Source: Vermamoeba vermiformis
Lineage: Eukaryota
Length of the DNA stretch: 64,000 nucleotides
Direction: 5' to 3'
Assembly (NCBI GenBank): GCA_045837725.1
Contig: JBEWZL010000048.1
Coordinates: forward strand, 62,001 to 126,000
In this document: positions 12,719 to 30,040 of the stretch, piece after piece
How the letters are laid out: each line of letters starts with the position of its first letter
Numbering within the stretch: the stretch's first letter is position 1
Notes under the pieces: model-generated
Told to the model about the DNA's origin: nothing
The model's input: the letters and a program-made list of their open reading frames with translations, nothing else
Database searches by the model: none
Made by a program: the position numbers and the translations under genes

Positions 12719-14719
12719 TTAGCGCATCTCTTGCGTGGTCGGGTTCTGCTTCGAAGTGCTCTTTGAAGACATCGCAGAACTCTTAACCATGCGCGGGACG
12801 TGCAATGCGAATATTTGAGAGAAGCTCAAAAAGGTTAATAAGAGGTTGCCGATGAACCAAATCGCGAAGAATCCATAAGGAATGTAGAATAAGACCGATA
12901 ATCCTCCGACAGCCACTCCAATAGCCCATAATAGCAGCGCTGAAGCACTCATCCATATAAAATCACTCGTCTAAGGCATTAAATCGTTAGTGAATGAACA
13001 TTAAGGCAAAAATAAAATTGATAAAATTTTGTAACTGAAAAAGTGATGTTCGTTTTGATGGGCACTCACTCGTTTGAGCTTTCTCATTCGCTTTTCTGGA
13101 TCACTTAATGCTCTTCGTGAAGCTTTAAGTGCCTTGTACAGTCTTATGCCAGTTATAGCGAAAAATATTACAGTTCCGAATACGACTACGATGTACAAGA
13201 CACCTGCGACGGTGATGAAGATGTTAGCGTTAAATCCAACGCCTCTAGTGACTGCAAGTGCGCATTCTAGGCCTAGAAGAACTCCAAAAATGACCCAGAA
13301 CACAATTCTTAGCCGATCCAAGTACGGATTTATACTGACGTTGACTTTGATAAACAATTCGTGCCTGATCCATAGTTAGATAAACAGAAGGAACAATAGT
13401 TTGCTTACCAATAGAAGCTGATGAGTAGTACACTAACGACGGAGAAAGGCCAGCTTAAAGTAAACAAGATCTGCGAAAAAAGAAACGGGTACAAGGTGCG
13501 TGATTGCAGCGGATCCACAGCGGCACCAAGAAGTCGAACTGATTGAACGATTAGATCCATGTATCGTAGCCGCCAGTGTGCACTTACTGATATTAGCAAT
13601 AATCTCAAACCAAAGCACTGTCTGCGGAATTGACTGCTGAAACCCTCGTCGTCGGATCCACATGATTTGTTTGTAACACGCGAATATTAAGCAGCTGCCA
13701 ATCAGTATAGACAATATGACGCAATAAGCTACTATAGCCCCTCCCCGTAGTACATCGTCCCAAGGGTTATTATCTACATAAATATAAGTTGACATGTTTT
13801 TTTACGTTGCGAATCTGCGTTGGGGATCGCATCCAACGTACCTTGAGATGTGACTCGAACAGTGATATTTTCGTATTTAGCCACATAATCTAGTAATGTA
13901 TACGCTGATTTAGCGGAGATTATGACCATCGGTTGGTATAAACCTCGCGTGTTTGTGCCATCCCAATTATAAGCTGGAAATCCAGGATAATCGAGATCCT
14001 CTATAATAATCATATTTAGAATTACATAGAAATATATAATTAGGTTAATAAGGACTTACTAGGCGTTGAAAGTGTCATGCTGATCAAACAAAGCGGGTTC
14101 TTCGCCGAATATTTTTTGGCTTCTTCTTGATCGCTCCTGAAACTGCGCATCAAAACGATCCTATAACAATAATGTAAGTTCATATTATAGCAAGAAAGCG
14201 TTAAAATCGCTGATCTTACTTGTTCGTTAGATCCGTGTCATTTGAAAAAGTTAACTGGCCAGTGACATCGAAGGTCCAATCAACAGGGCCTACCAAAGTC
14301 TGTCGAGGACTTAAAAATTCCTAAATATAGAGCTTAAATTAAAACCATCTCGCAATACATTTCGGGATCGGATCCTTAATAGGAAATTTTGACAAATGAC
14401 ACGTCTCGCAAACCGACGCTAAATTAACTATGAATTATATATTTATAATAACGCTTAAATCGTTATTTAACTATGACATTATTTCCATAGTGATTGGAAA
14501 GATGCCGCAAAAAAAATCGATTTTTTAATTGATTTCGTAAAAATAAATACACGTTAACCCGCTGATATATCTATATTAATTCTTTAGCACTAAAATTAAT
14601 CTAATGTAATCGCAAAAGGGAATTACCTGCCCTGCCAGCTCTGGTGGATATAATATTACTAGCGAATTGACATTTTGGCAAGCAGTTGATACAATTATCA
14701 CTATCAAATATATGTACAT
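12719..14719 (-). CDS. Signal peptide plus PA-like extracellular domain plus about 7 TM segments (receptor-like)
   Basis: MYIYLIVIIVSTAC signal; DVTGQL...KIVLM and PMVIISAKSAYTLLDYV...NITVRV (PA-like); then NPW and several TM helices. Confidence 0.65.
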
Positions 14720-15160
14720 CCTCTTTGCTATTTGTTAAAATAAAATTAGTCTATAAATTAACTCCGGATGTGGTTGAAAGAATCCAAAATTTAACTTACC
14801 GGAGCTTGACAACGCGTGTGTAAGTGCTCTCATATCTTCATTGGTCTAATCAAGTATGTATATGGCCAGTTGATTGTCCTAAGCGTTGTGTTTGTTTTGT
14901 CACGTCGTAAAAAATTTTATGCCTAATTTCGATTCACTTTGTCGGTGCCGCCACGCCGAAAGATTCACATTACTGTATATTGCACTAATGACCCCATATC
15001 ATGGCACCAAATTGTTCGCTAAATGAGTGAATTGCGTTCGGTGGGATTGAGATCCTGGACCAAAAATACAGCGGTCGTTTTTTTTTTGCCATTTTTTGTG
15101 CGGTACGCAACGAACAAAGTATCGCATCTGTAAATAAGAATATATATTATAAACCTTCAC

Positions 15161-16944
15161 ATGGCGGATGTAACAGATCGAGACACTTTTTGGAGCAAGA
15201 TGGCGCCAGGAGCCCTTCTTAGAGCGCTCAAAGAATATATTAGCTACAAAATAGACTCAATAGACGAAGACCTTAATATTCATACCAATCTATTTCAACA
15301 TTTGTCTGGGTAAGAATTGAAATTTTTCGTATTCTTCTGCGGTGGTGACTCATCTGCTTTTAAAAAATTAAGAAGTGATTCTAAAATTAATATTTATGGT
15401 TATATAATATATTATAACGATATCCCATAATTTAAAAATAATTTTGAAGCGATTGAAGTTGATTTATGTTGTTCTTAACACAGGTACTTCGCCTCGATCG
15501 CATTCTTGACGACACTTTACGGAATTTCTTACATAGAAGACCCTTCTACATATGTGAGTATATATTAATACCATATTCGTCGATTATTACCTCGTTCTAG
15601 ATTTTAAAACTAATTATTGCAACTTAGATCGTGATCGCGACAAGTCTTTTGGCATTCAGCACATTTTTAACGATTGATTTCTTTCAAAAATATGAAAAAC
15701 ATCAATTATTGCACTTAGTGAATAGAGTAAGTTGGATTTCAAGCGAAGATCTGTCACAGTAGATCTCCTCAAAAATTCTTTAGTTGTAATTCATTTTATC
15801 GATAAAACATGTATATAATAATTTTGATATAATAGAGTGGCGCTAAATATCCCTCATTACGCGCTGAAAAAGTCATTAATCGAGATGTGCCTGTCCTATT
15901 CGTTTGGGAGCCTTCAATCTCGTCCACCGTATTTTTCACGTAAGCACAATATAAACATTACGACTACGATAATATAAGCCTCATACTTTAAGTACGTGGC
16001 AAAAACGGTAGATCGCGTCAAATTTTCTTACTTACGTTGATGATATGATAGATGGTGCAATCCACTCGCAGTAGCCATAGCATTAATAGCGAATACTGAC
16101 GGCATCAAATCGACGCCGAGAATGTGTTTGTTCGGTGTGGCGTTGTTGTTGGGACTGCAGATCCGCGCATTGCTGTCAAAATACAATAGAAAGATTGAAG
16201 ATAAAAAACTCATTTTTGAAGAAGGTACGGGACCTATAATAATATTTATATATATCATATCATTATAATGCCTGCTAACTTGGCTAATATTCGCTCAAGA
16301 TGCTACGTAACACGTGTGATTTTAACGAGTTTTTCTTTAAAGGTGCATTCATCAATTCTCAATTCTACGAAAAGAATTATGTATTAGCATCGCCTGAGAC
16401 ACGAGCAGCTAATTCACAAAGCTCGCCGGATCTTGTCAACGCATCCACAACCTCGATGAGAATTTCGAATTCTGGCATTAGTCCTACAAAAACTATTGCC
16501 AGCGTCAAGGAGAGCCCATTCTCCGAATATGGCACTAATTACTCGCTAATGGGCCGAAAACCAACTATGCCAATCTCGTACGGCACCTCGCAAGCAGATG
16601 CGTCCCCTCCGCGCCGAGAATCGCCCGTGAGATCAGCACCGTCGTCTAATCCTAGCTCTAGACACTCGAGCATGGAATTTCCAACGAGTTCTGGTTTGTT
16701 TTCAATGATGGATGGGAACTCCAGGCCTTCGTCTTTTTACGGCCATGGAAATCAAAATGGAAATTCGAACAGCGTTTATGGACTAGCTAATGCACCTCCA
16801 TATACACCTCATATTGGCATGAACGGATCGCATGACATGCATATGATGGACCAAGATCAACAGCATAACCAACAACAGCCGCAACGACGAACGACTTTCG
16901 GATTGGATCAAGATCCGCCAACGTCATCGCTTTACGACTTCTAA
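15161..16944 (+). CDS. Nur1/Mug154 (DUF2418)-like membrane protein with disordered C-terminus
   Basis: Spliced product has two TMs, then VPVLFVWEPSISSTVFFTWCNP, two more TMs, then LLSKYNRKIEDKKLIFEEM. The resemblance to the family is from memory only. Confidence 0.5.
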
Positions 16945-17324
16945 ATAATACTTTTGTGAATAGTACCTTACCTTTGTTAAATATAAACTCAATATTTTCG
17001 ACTAACTAGTCATTTATTAATGTTACAACAAAACTATGGGGCTACTAATGCACATCCAAAACAAAAATCAAGTTTTAAAGGCATGCTTTGAACACTTATT
17101 TCCAAATAAGGAAATCACGTGCTCGTTGTGCCGTATTCGTGCCTTTTCTTCTTATTATTTTTGATTTTGTAATAGTTATTTCGCGTTTAGATCAGATCGC
17201 GCTGAAACTGAACTAAACTTTCGTTCATGTTTTTGAATTATATTATGAACGATTAGCTTGTTATTATTATTAATATTATTTACACTTGTTATTATTAAGA
17301 ATGTTATTCCAACAGGTGGATTTC

Positions 17325-20132
17325 TTAGGCGTTAGTATTGTAATACTGCCTATTTGTCAAATTTACCACGTGTTGCTGTTGTTCGGCCTCGTAAGATTGG
17401 TACGGGGAATAATATTCTTCGTTGTTCGGTGAGACGTACTCTTCGCAGCTCTCGTTAGTAACGCCATAATCACTGTCCATGCCGGATCTGCCTCCGCTGT
17501 TGTACGCATCCGCGTCATACTGATCTTGCATGTCGGCGTAAGCATAAGCATCGGGGTTGCCATAATAAACCTCGCCAGAGTCAGCGCTTTGAGAGGTCAA
17601 TGAGCCCGAGCGGCCTGACGACGTGTCATAGACAATAGTGTCAAAGATGGCTTGGTCTTCTTCGGAGGGTCCGCCGAAGTTGATGAATTCGGGGGTAGCT
17701 CCGGCAACACCACCCATAATACGAACAAACAACGAGCTCAATGGCTGTTGTTTCAGCATCTTGTCGTGTTCGTTCCAACAGAATTGGGCCAAAGGAGCTA
17801 AGTTCGTGGCCAAAAGCATCTTGAGCAACTAGATTTGGCGCAAAAATGATTAGTTACCATTACAAATGCAACAAATAATCATTATTATGCTAGCATATTA
17901 TAACATTAGTAATTATAATTAGTAATAAATTACGATTAAGCCACAAAAAACTGAACTTTCAGAAGTTCGATCAGATCGGGACAAAAGACAGAAGAATTGA
18001 AGACTTACAGCTTCCTTGCCCGCAATATTGTTGTTGTAGTAGAAGAAAGGCAGCGCCGAGAACAAAGTCATGTGACTAACAAAGTACGAAGGGCAATCTG
18101 ACAACAAAGCCTGCGCGTGGAACAAGAGCTCATCCAGCATTTTCGAGGCTTCCGTGTGATTTCGGGCCGCGCATAGGCATAGCATCTTGACGATGCAGTA
18201 CGTGCATAATAAGTAATTTCTATAATTAGAGTTAGTTAAATTGAAAGGAAATCTACAACGAAAAAAAATGTTTTTGGATGGAGTTTCAAAACTTACTTGG
18301 AGGTCGATTGTTGTGCTAAAATAATCATAAGCAATTCGTCGAGCTTGTACATCAAAATATCTAACTCCAAGATGTTATTCTTGTGTAAATAAAACAGGGC
18401 GAGTTTGCTGATCTAAAAATAGAAAAGTGCGTTAGATCCTGGCTTGAACTACTGACAATCGCAATAAAATCAATACTAACCTCCTTAAGAGAGTACAAAA
18501 CGAACAAAAAGATTGAAGTAGGTCTCAATCTCGTTTTGGTCTCGGATATTTGGATCAGATGAGCCACATCCTCTTCCGGAGCGAAGAGAATCAGCCAGTC
18601 AATAGCATTAGCTAAGGACTGATAGATCATAAAGTCTCCGTCAATGTCCTTGTCTTCAACAATACCCGCGCGTCTGCACTTGGCTTTGAAGTTCTTTGTC
18701 GCCGTTGCAACGACATCTGGATGCTTATCCGCGAGTTGAACGATTCGTTTCAAATATGTTTGGACTTCTTCAAAATTGCCCATGGATGCTGCAAAATTGG
18801 ATAAATTAACCAAAATATTCATGCCGTGAGCCAGATTCTGCGCTGAAAATTCATCGTTGGCGTAATGTCTGTAGCGATCATAAAAAAGATCAAATTAGTA
18901 CGTCTATTGTATGATTCATATAAGAATACTATTCTCTTAAGGCTTAAGATAGTCAAAGTGCGATCCATTAATTTTCCATAAAAGGAAAAATTAAATCGCG
19001 AAGTCGGAAAACTTTCGCGCTGACCGTGGAAAATCATACGCAATGACCCGACGATGCAAATTAAACGCAAATATATATATAAAAGGTGAATGCAAGTTAA
19101 TTTCTGCAAAGAGAAGAATTTCAAGCTAAGCCAAAAATATTTAGTGGCATGCTGGTACGCGTGTTGAATGAATCAATATAAAGCCATACCTAGCCTCCTT
19201 AAAGAACTCCTCAGCTGCTCTAAAATCTCCTGCTATCAAGGCTCCATTCGCCATAATTGAGCTCATCGAAGCAATGCGGATTTCATCTGCAGTTTTAAAA
19301 CAAAGCAGTTAGGGACTCACATCCATTCAATAACGTACTAGATCTAGTTCATAATAATATAACTACGTACCAGTATCGCTAAAGTACTCGCTAGGGTTCT
19401 CATAAGGCAATCTCAAGCGCGTTACTTGACCAAGCGTATTGTCATACTTTTGAAAGTAGAATTGGAGTGCAGATAGGTTCCATAATTTGCTTGCACGAGC
19501 CATTACGAACTGTACTTTCTATAGTACCATATTAAGGCTTGTTAGTAAATCATAGCGTGGATTATTAATTAACAATCCAGGCACGATATGAATAGAATTG
19601 AATTGAATATCTATCTAGCTAGCCAATTCAATCAAAATTACTTGCAAGATACTCGATATTATTGAATTTGCAATAAGAATTAATGAAAATAAGCAGTTAA
19701 TTTGACGTTTTTTGTTGTTACCTGACTTTCACGAGTAAGATCTTGCAATGCTTTCTTAAAGTTATGGTTCATCTCTTGATTTCTGTCTTCTTGTAATTTT
19801 AATAAGGCTTCTAACTCCTTTACGCGAGCCTCTAATGATTCTGTTTCACAATAAATGAGCGGACTGTCCAAATCCAGGTACCAAAAGCGTCTGCTTACCC
19901 ATAGAGTGCTTAGCCTTCACTAAATATGTACACGAATTCCCGCTTTTCTTGCAGCGATTGCAAGGCTGACCACCGTCGCCTAATCCAGATTAAAAAAAAT
20001 TGCGCGATAATTGAAAATTATTTACTTACACTTCTTATGCTGCTTTTTGCAATACTCGCACGATTTATAGTTCGGGCCATTATTTTTGTTGGCCTTTTGA
20101 ATCTCTTTTTCTTCTTTGATAGGTCTATCCAT
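17325..20132 (-). CDS. Zn(II)2Cys6 binuclear-cluster transcription factor
   Basis: Spliced N-terminus SCEYCKKQHKKC|DGGQPCNRCKKSGNSC, then coiled coil ESLEARVKELEALLK, a helical domain and an acidic tail. Confidence 0.85.
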
Positions 20133-20689
20133 GTTTCAGTTTTTGATTTGATCGTTAATGTTAATCGGCGCTCAAAGGCTCCAACTATTTCGCATACGGA
20201 CAAAAGACGTTCCAAAAACAGGTAGTGGAGTCGGTTTTGTTGTGTCCGTCCTTGTGTCTAAATAATTCAGAAAATAGATTAATTTTACTAAAAAAAATCA
20301 CTAGTCAATCTCCCTTCAATAACTTGACGCGTAAACTGGCCATTGTAAAAGAGACATTTCACACATTCCAGTATCTTTACAAGATCTTCATCTGGCAACA
20401 CCTGCGAAATTTGAATTCCTACAAGCGCGAGTAAAAAAAAAACGAAGGTTGATCCGGATTTGATCTATTTTAAGCAACGCTTTTTATTTACATCGCTATC
20501 TTGTTGCTTAAATGAACAGTATTTACACGTTTTACGGCCTCACTACATCGTCAAAGGCCTATCAAACAACTGCATTGCTCCATTCAATCTCGCGCAGTTA
20601 ACTTTTAAGGAAATTTGCCGCTAATTAAAAGTTTAACCGTGCGAATTTGAGTTCTCTGGAGTACCAAGAGGGCTCTTAAGAAGTATTCA

Positions 20690-23381
20690 TCACTTTCTTG
20701 ATGCAGAGCGACGCAGTAGTGATGGATCAAGCGTTACGCTAACTCCGAAATTTACGGTCGAGTTAAAGGTCAAATACTCAGCAACCGCACCAACGCACTT
20801 GGCGTGGAACGGCTGCATAGGCTTGTGCGCGATCATCAAGCGGAACTGCTCCATGCAGAGCTGCGTGACTGGGCTCTGCGGATCGTACGTGCCGATCAAC
20901 TAAAATAGAACCACGTAAGTAAGAGAGTACAGTAATCGAGCTTAGTTCGGAATGCCCGATAAAAAGAATTAATTTAATTAATTTACGTCATAAAAAAATA
21001 TCATGGCTGAGATTGCATTAATTTTTACGACAAAAAGAAAAGCTTAAAATAGAAGTCTGCTACACTACCTCGTTTAGTTGCTGCTCGGCCTGCAAGTAGT
21101 GCAATAGAGGTAAAGCAGCGAACGTCGTCAACATTGCGTGGTAAAAGCCCTTTACGACCGCGTAGTAGCGGGATGCAATCTTGATCAGGCTGTCTACTTC
21201 GCTCCACATCATTCCGGTTTGATGCGCCGCGAGATATGCGTGCATACGCGTAATGTGGTATATGAGAAGCAGGAAATCCCTGTTACGGAAGTCAATATAA
21301 GTATTGCAGTACAATTAACGGATATGATCCGATCCGGTAAATTGTGCCAGAAATAGCATTGGAACTACTCATATGCGCAATAGTATATAAATGACAATTG
21401 AAAATAAGCGGTTACCTTTGTTTTGGAGGCAAATCATTTATGTCGTCTAGATGCTTGTCGATGTTATCAAAAAATGACTTCAATTCAAGTATTTGACCGC
21501 TCTTCATGCAGTAGTGCGTGTATCGACCAAGCTAAACATATTAATCGTTAGTACTAAGCTATTTGAAGCGGTTTGGTTCGAGATCCAAAAATAGATCTAT
21601 AATTAGTGGTCTTGAATGGTGTCGGCCAACAAAGAGAACGACGCACATAATTACTATATATAGTATATTATTATACTGCACGACTTACCTCTCTTAAAAC
21701 GAGCCGCAAGTACATGAAGGTCGTCGGAGCCAATTGCTTGTACTTCTTGCCGGCTTCAATGCACTTGAAAAACTCGCTGGATGGAGCATGCATAGTCTTC
21801 CAATCATGCGCTATCGCTACTGTATGATAAAGTTGCGCATCCGGATCGTTCTCGTACGCGTCTTGCAAAAGCATTTCTTGGCTTTGAATAACCTTTTCCA
21901 TCCGCGGCCGCTCTTGTTCGCCGATCTGTATCACTTTGTTCAAAAATCTATCGAGCTCTTCTGAGGTCCCGCAGCTCATGGCATAATTAGCGAGGTTAAT
22001 GTATGCTTTTGCCATCAAATCCGGCTGATCGCGAGTATCCATCGACTCCAATTGATTTCTAAATAATAGATTAATAAGACTACATTATAGTTCATACTAT
22101 TATCGTATTAATAAACTAGCTGCAACCGATTTGATAGTTATGAATTTCTTCCTCGGTATACGCATCGGATGCGGTAACTTACATGCTTTCGCGATAAAAG
22201 TCCTTTGACTCTTCAGTATTGCCCATTATTAACGTGCCATTGGCCAAGATAGAATTCATTAACGCGCCACGCGCCAGATCTGCATGTCAAAAAAAAGTTA
22301 GGCAAGAATTTTAACTGGCCACAACAGTGTAATCAACTTAATATAAACCCTTATAGGCCAATACATCGCGAGTACTATTAATTATTGCTAGCGGAAAGAA
22401 ATCGCGACCGATTTGTGATTCATTTTTTAATTCACAATTCGGATCTGCATCAAAAAAACAGTTCTAAAGCACGTACCTTGATCAGAAAAGTATAGAGTAA
22501 CGTCCGAATATGGTAGTGTTTGTAGCGTTATCTCGCCTAGTGTGTCCATATATAATGTAACGTATTCGGTCAAATAGCTCGTTTTGCAAAAGTTGACAGC
22601 ACGCAAGACAATCTTCGTTGCTTTCTGCAAATAAAAGATTAATATCACAACGAGGCATATTACGTATAATATAAGCCCTCAGGATAATTTTTAATCAGGA
22701 AAGCATTATTTTTGTAATTTTCAAGTCTTGCTTACAAAATTAATTTGGTCCCAAATCACAAGATTAAAATATATTAAATGCTATTAAACGCCGAATTAAA
22801 GAAACGAATTTATATAATAATTAGCATCGCGCAACGCGGTTTGAGTACGTTTGATAATATTCTAAATAAAGTAACACCAAAAATCGACGCAATTAATTAA
22901 TGCGCCCGTAAAAACTCTAATTATCGAGATATTTGAGCATAATAATGAATTTGAGTACGTACTGTTTTGATATACTCGATTTCTTGTAATGTGGCATTCA
23001 GTCTTTGTTGCAAATCCAATTCGTCGTTATTCCTCTCTTCAAGTTGCTCTTCTAACAGTTTTATTTTCGCTTCAAGAGTCTCTATAAATAACAGTAATAA
23101 GTATATCGCTTAAAATTCTGATAGTGACTATTATGGAATGGATTTTTAGAAATCTGGATCTTACCTGAATGTTGTGCCATTAAACTCTTGTTAAAACGGC
23201 ATGCGATGTTCTTCTTCCTGCATAGTCCGCAAGGAAAATCGCCATCGCCTGTAATTTAAAAATAATTCAGATTAATAATTAAATTTTCGGATCAAGCAAG
23301 CGGTTATATTAATTAATACGTACATTTCTTATGGATCTTTTTGCAATGTGCGCACGAAATATGTTTTGTGGTCTTATCCAT
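20690..23381 (-). CDS. Zn(II)2Cys6 transcription factor, tandem paralog (3' end approximate)
   Basis: SCAHCKKIHKKC|DGDFPCGLCRKKNIAC, then LEAKIKLLEEQL. Downstream exons align with the neighbour (AYINLANYAMSCG vs ILVNLSNFAASMG; TFAALPLLHY vs LFSALPFFYY). Confidence 0.8.
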
Positions 23382-23835
23382 GGTGAGTTATTTCATAATG
23401 TGGTGTGCGTGCGCGTGGAAATAAAAATTTGTGCTGAAAGGCAGTGACACGCCCTAATTTAAATGCTAATTATAGCTGTTGCCTATATATGGAAATCCTC
23501 GGAACAGCGCATCGTATCTTCGCTCGAACATAATAAATCCTAATGTGACATTCTGAACCAGTCCCATGTTGCGATCTGTTTTGGAACGCCGTTACAAACT
23601 TCAGCTGATAAGTTGAAAATGTATGATTACGCTGATTTACATATTCATAGTAATTGATATAATTGTACAGGTACTTCATTATTTCAGAATTTATCGACGG
23701 AGCTATTTTTTTGGTCCGATCCGCCAAAAACTGTATTTTTTTGCCATATTTGGTACACAATTAATATGTTAATAGCCCGAATCTTAAGCAACACTTTAAA
23801 TTATATAGGTCTATACTAACACTATGCTAAATTTA

Positions 23836-25406
<1,571 letters not shown>

Positions 25407-25565
25407 AGTGTCGCTCTGTAATAAAAATAATAATTATTTCTCTGGTAGCAAATTTTTTCTTTGTCCCGGTCAGTTTTTTGATTTGTTAATCGTTATAGTA
25501 TAACTACCACTATAATTTAAGGTATAATATTTTAGTTTTATCTTGCAAACGAATCCAGCAACAAA

Positions 25566-28095
<2,530 letters not shown>

Positions 28096-28514
28096 ACCCG
28101 ACTGCGATCAAACTAAAGAATATTTTAAAATAAATACTTGCGAATTTTAATAACACGAAGCAGCGTAAATTAATATACGACATTCATAGTACTAGTCTTT
28201 GGCTCGTTAAGGTGGATTTTCAAATAAAAAATTGTAGACTATTACGTTTCTATTGAAAACACCACAAGTGCTGAATATTAACACTTTGAATATTTTATTT
28301 ATACGCGCAATATCATATTGTGACTATGACAGAAGATACGCGCACTAAAATAACGGTGAGTTGGAAGATACTGAATTTATTTTTGTAATTGAATTTTAAT
28401 TAATTATTAACGAATAGCATTGTATAGTTATCTAATTAACTATTGATATCAGGTGTGGTCTCAATTTGACCTCGATCACGTGTTGAGAGGCGACAAGAAT
28501 TTTTCGATCGAGGG

Positions 28515-29849
28515 ATGAAGAGGATCTATTTGGATCACAATAGAGGATTCACTAAGCTATGCAAAATGCTTGAAGCCGATAACGAACATATTCGTACACT
28601 AGATATTGATTTTGATTGGCTCGACGACAAACAAGTCTTGATCCAATTGCTCAAAGTGAGCAAATCCATCGTTAATTTGCATTTAGCAATTTCGACTCAA
28701 ATGACTCCGCAAGATCTGAACGACATTACAGAAGTTATTATGGAGCACAAGACTATTCAGCGATTGACTTTCACCAGAACCAGATTCATTTTTGACACGA
28801 TTACAATTCAAAAATTTGCTGAGCTGCTATTGGCCAGTAAAATACCAGATCACGTGACTTTTGCAATCAAGATCAAAATGGTCAATCCTCAAAGCGAAGA
28901 ACAAGATCCCAGTCCTATCTTTGAAAATTCAGATCTGCCCGTCTTACTGGATCTAGTCGCAGCAACAAAATGCGCTAAATTAGCTATATGGACCTATGGT
29001 GACGAGCTCAACTTGGATACTAAGTTTATATGCGATTATATACTAGCAGGAAAAGTACCAACATTAACAGCGCTGATTATTGACGGTCGAGTGCCTACAT
29101 CCGAACACTGGATCCGACTTTTACACCACACAACCACGCTGAAAACATTTAAAAAAGCTGGCAGTTTATCTCGGAACATCGGAGATTTCGAATCGGAGTA
29201 CTTCCGAGCCCTGGAAAAGTGTCAAGTACGAGTCTTGGGGTTGCCGCAGGTCGAAAAGTTAAAAGACGATAAAAATTTCTACAAATGCTTGTATCAGGCC
29301 CTAAAGAACAACAAATTCGTGGAAAAATTGATTTTGACCCAATGTGACAAGCACTACCATCACGGAGCGTATTTCGAAGCTCTGCTCCACGAAAATGATA
29401 CCATTAATTTTTTAGAAATATTTGTATATGATTATGAACATAACCCTAATATAATCTGGCCTGGCGATTCAGTACCGTTTGGGGCTTCCCTGGTGGATGC
29501 GGTGAAAACGAACCAATCAATAATCGGCATTAATGTTGGCGACGATATTCTTGGCGCGGAAAATTATAATGATCTGGTACAAATAATGCAAAGAAACCAA
29601 AAATTGCAAAATTCAGCCGTTTGGGCAGTCATTGCAATAATTTATAACATGGCACGTGACAAGAATTCTCTGGGAATTATTCCACTGGAGATTTGGTCAA
29701 TAATTTTCTCGTGGATAAGAATCCCTGGCGTGGCACTAAACTTTGCACCAATTTTCCAATCGATCTTTGCAGATCCTACCGTACGAAGAGTAATTCCCAG
29801 AAAGAAATTGCGAGCGTACACCGATCAAATAGAGCGCAAACAGAAATAA
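28515..29849 (+). CDS. RNI/LRR-like protein with a C-terminal F-box-like segment
   Basis: Uninterrupted 444-aa ORF; LKNNKFVEKL and VKTNQSIIGINV RNI-like repeats; C-terminal IPLEIWSIIFSWI. Confidence 0.55.
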   Translation: MKRIYLDHNRGFTKLCKMLEADNEHIRTLDIDFDWLDDKQVLIQLLKVSKSIVNLHLAISTQMTPQDLNDITEVIMEHKTIQRLTFTRTRFIFDTITIQKFAELLLASKIPDHVTFAIKIKMVNPQSEEQDPSPIFENSDLPVLLDLVAATKCAKLAIWTYGDELNLDTKFICDYILAGKVPTLTALIIDGRVPTSEHWIRLLHHTTTLKTFKKAGSLSRNIGDFESEYFRALEKCQVRVLGLPQVEKLKDDKNFYKCLYQALKNNKFVEKLILTQCDKHYHHGAYFEALLHENDTINFLEIFVYDYEHNPNIIWPGDSVPFGASLVDAVKTNQSIIGINVGDDILGAENYNDLVQIMQRNQKLQNSAVWAVIAIIYNMARDKNSLGIIPLEIWSIIFSWIRIPGVALNFAPIFQSIFADPTVRRVIPRKKLRAYTDQIERKQK

Positions 29850-30040
29850 TTGTAATAACGATGCAATTTCGTTTGTAAATTAATAAAAATTTTCTCTTTT
29901 CTCACAATTAGTGAAAAACTCTCATTTTTTATGCGTCAGTTTATTAAATTTGTGAGATAAAATATTGTCATTATTATTGATGGTATTACTGTAATAGTCG
30001 TAATGATTGTTATTTTTTATTATTAACACGTGTCACTATG

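Noticed and set aside
28326-28514. Possible upstream exons (MTEDTRTKIT|VWSQFDLD...) for the RNI-like gene
   Set aside because: The spliced frame hits TGA out of frame with the 28515 ORF and would need an unsupported frameshift.
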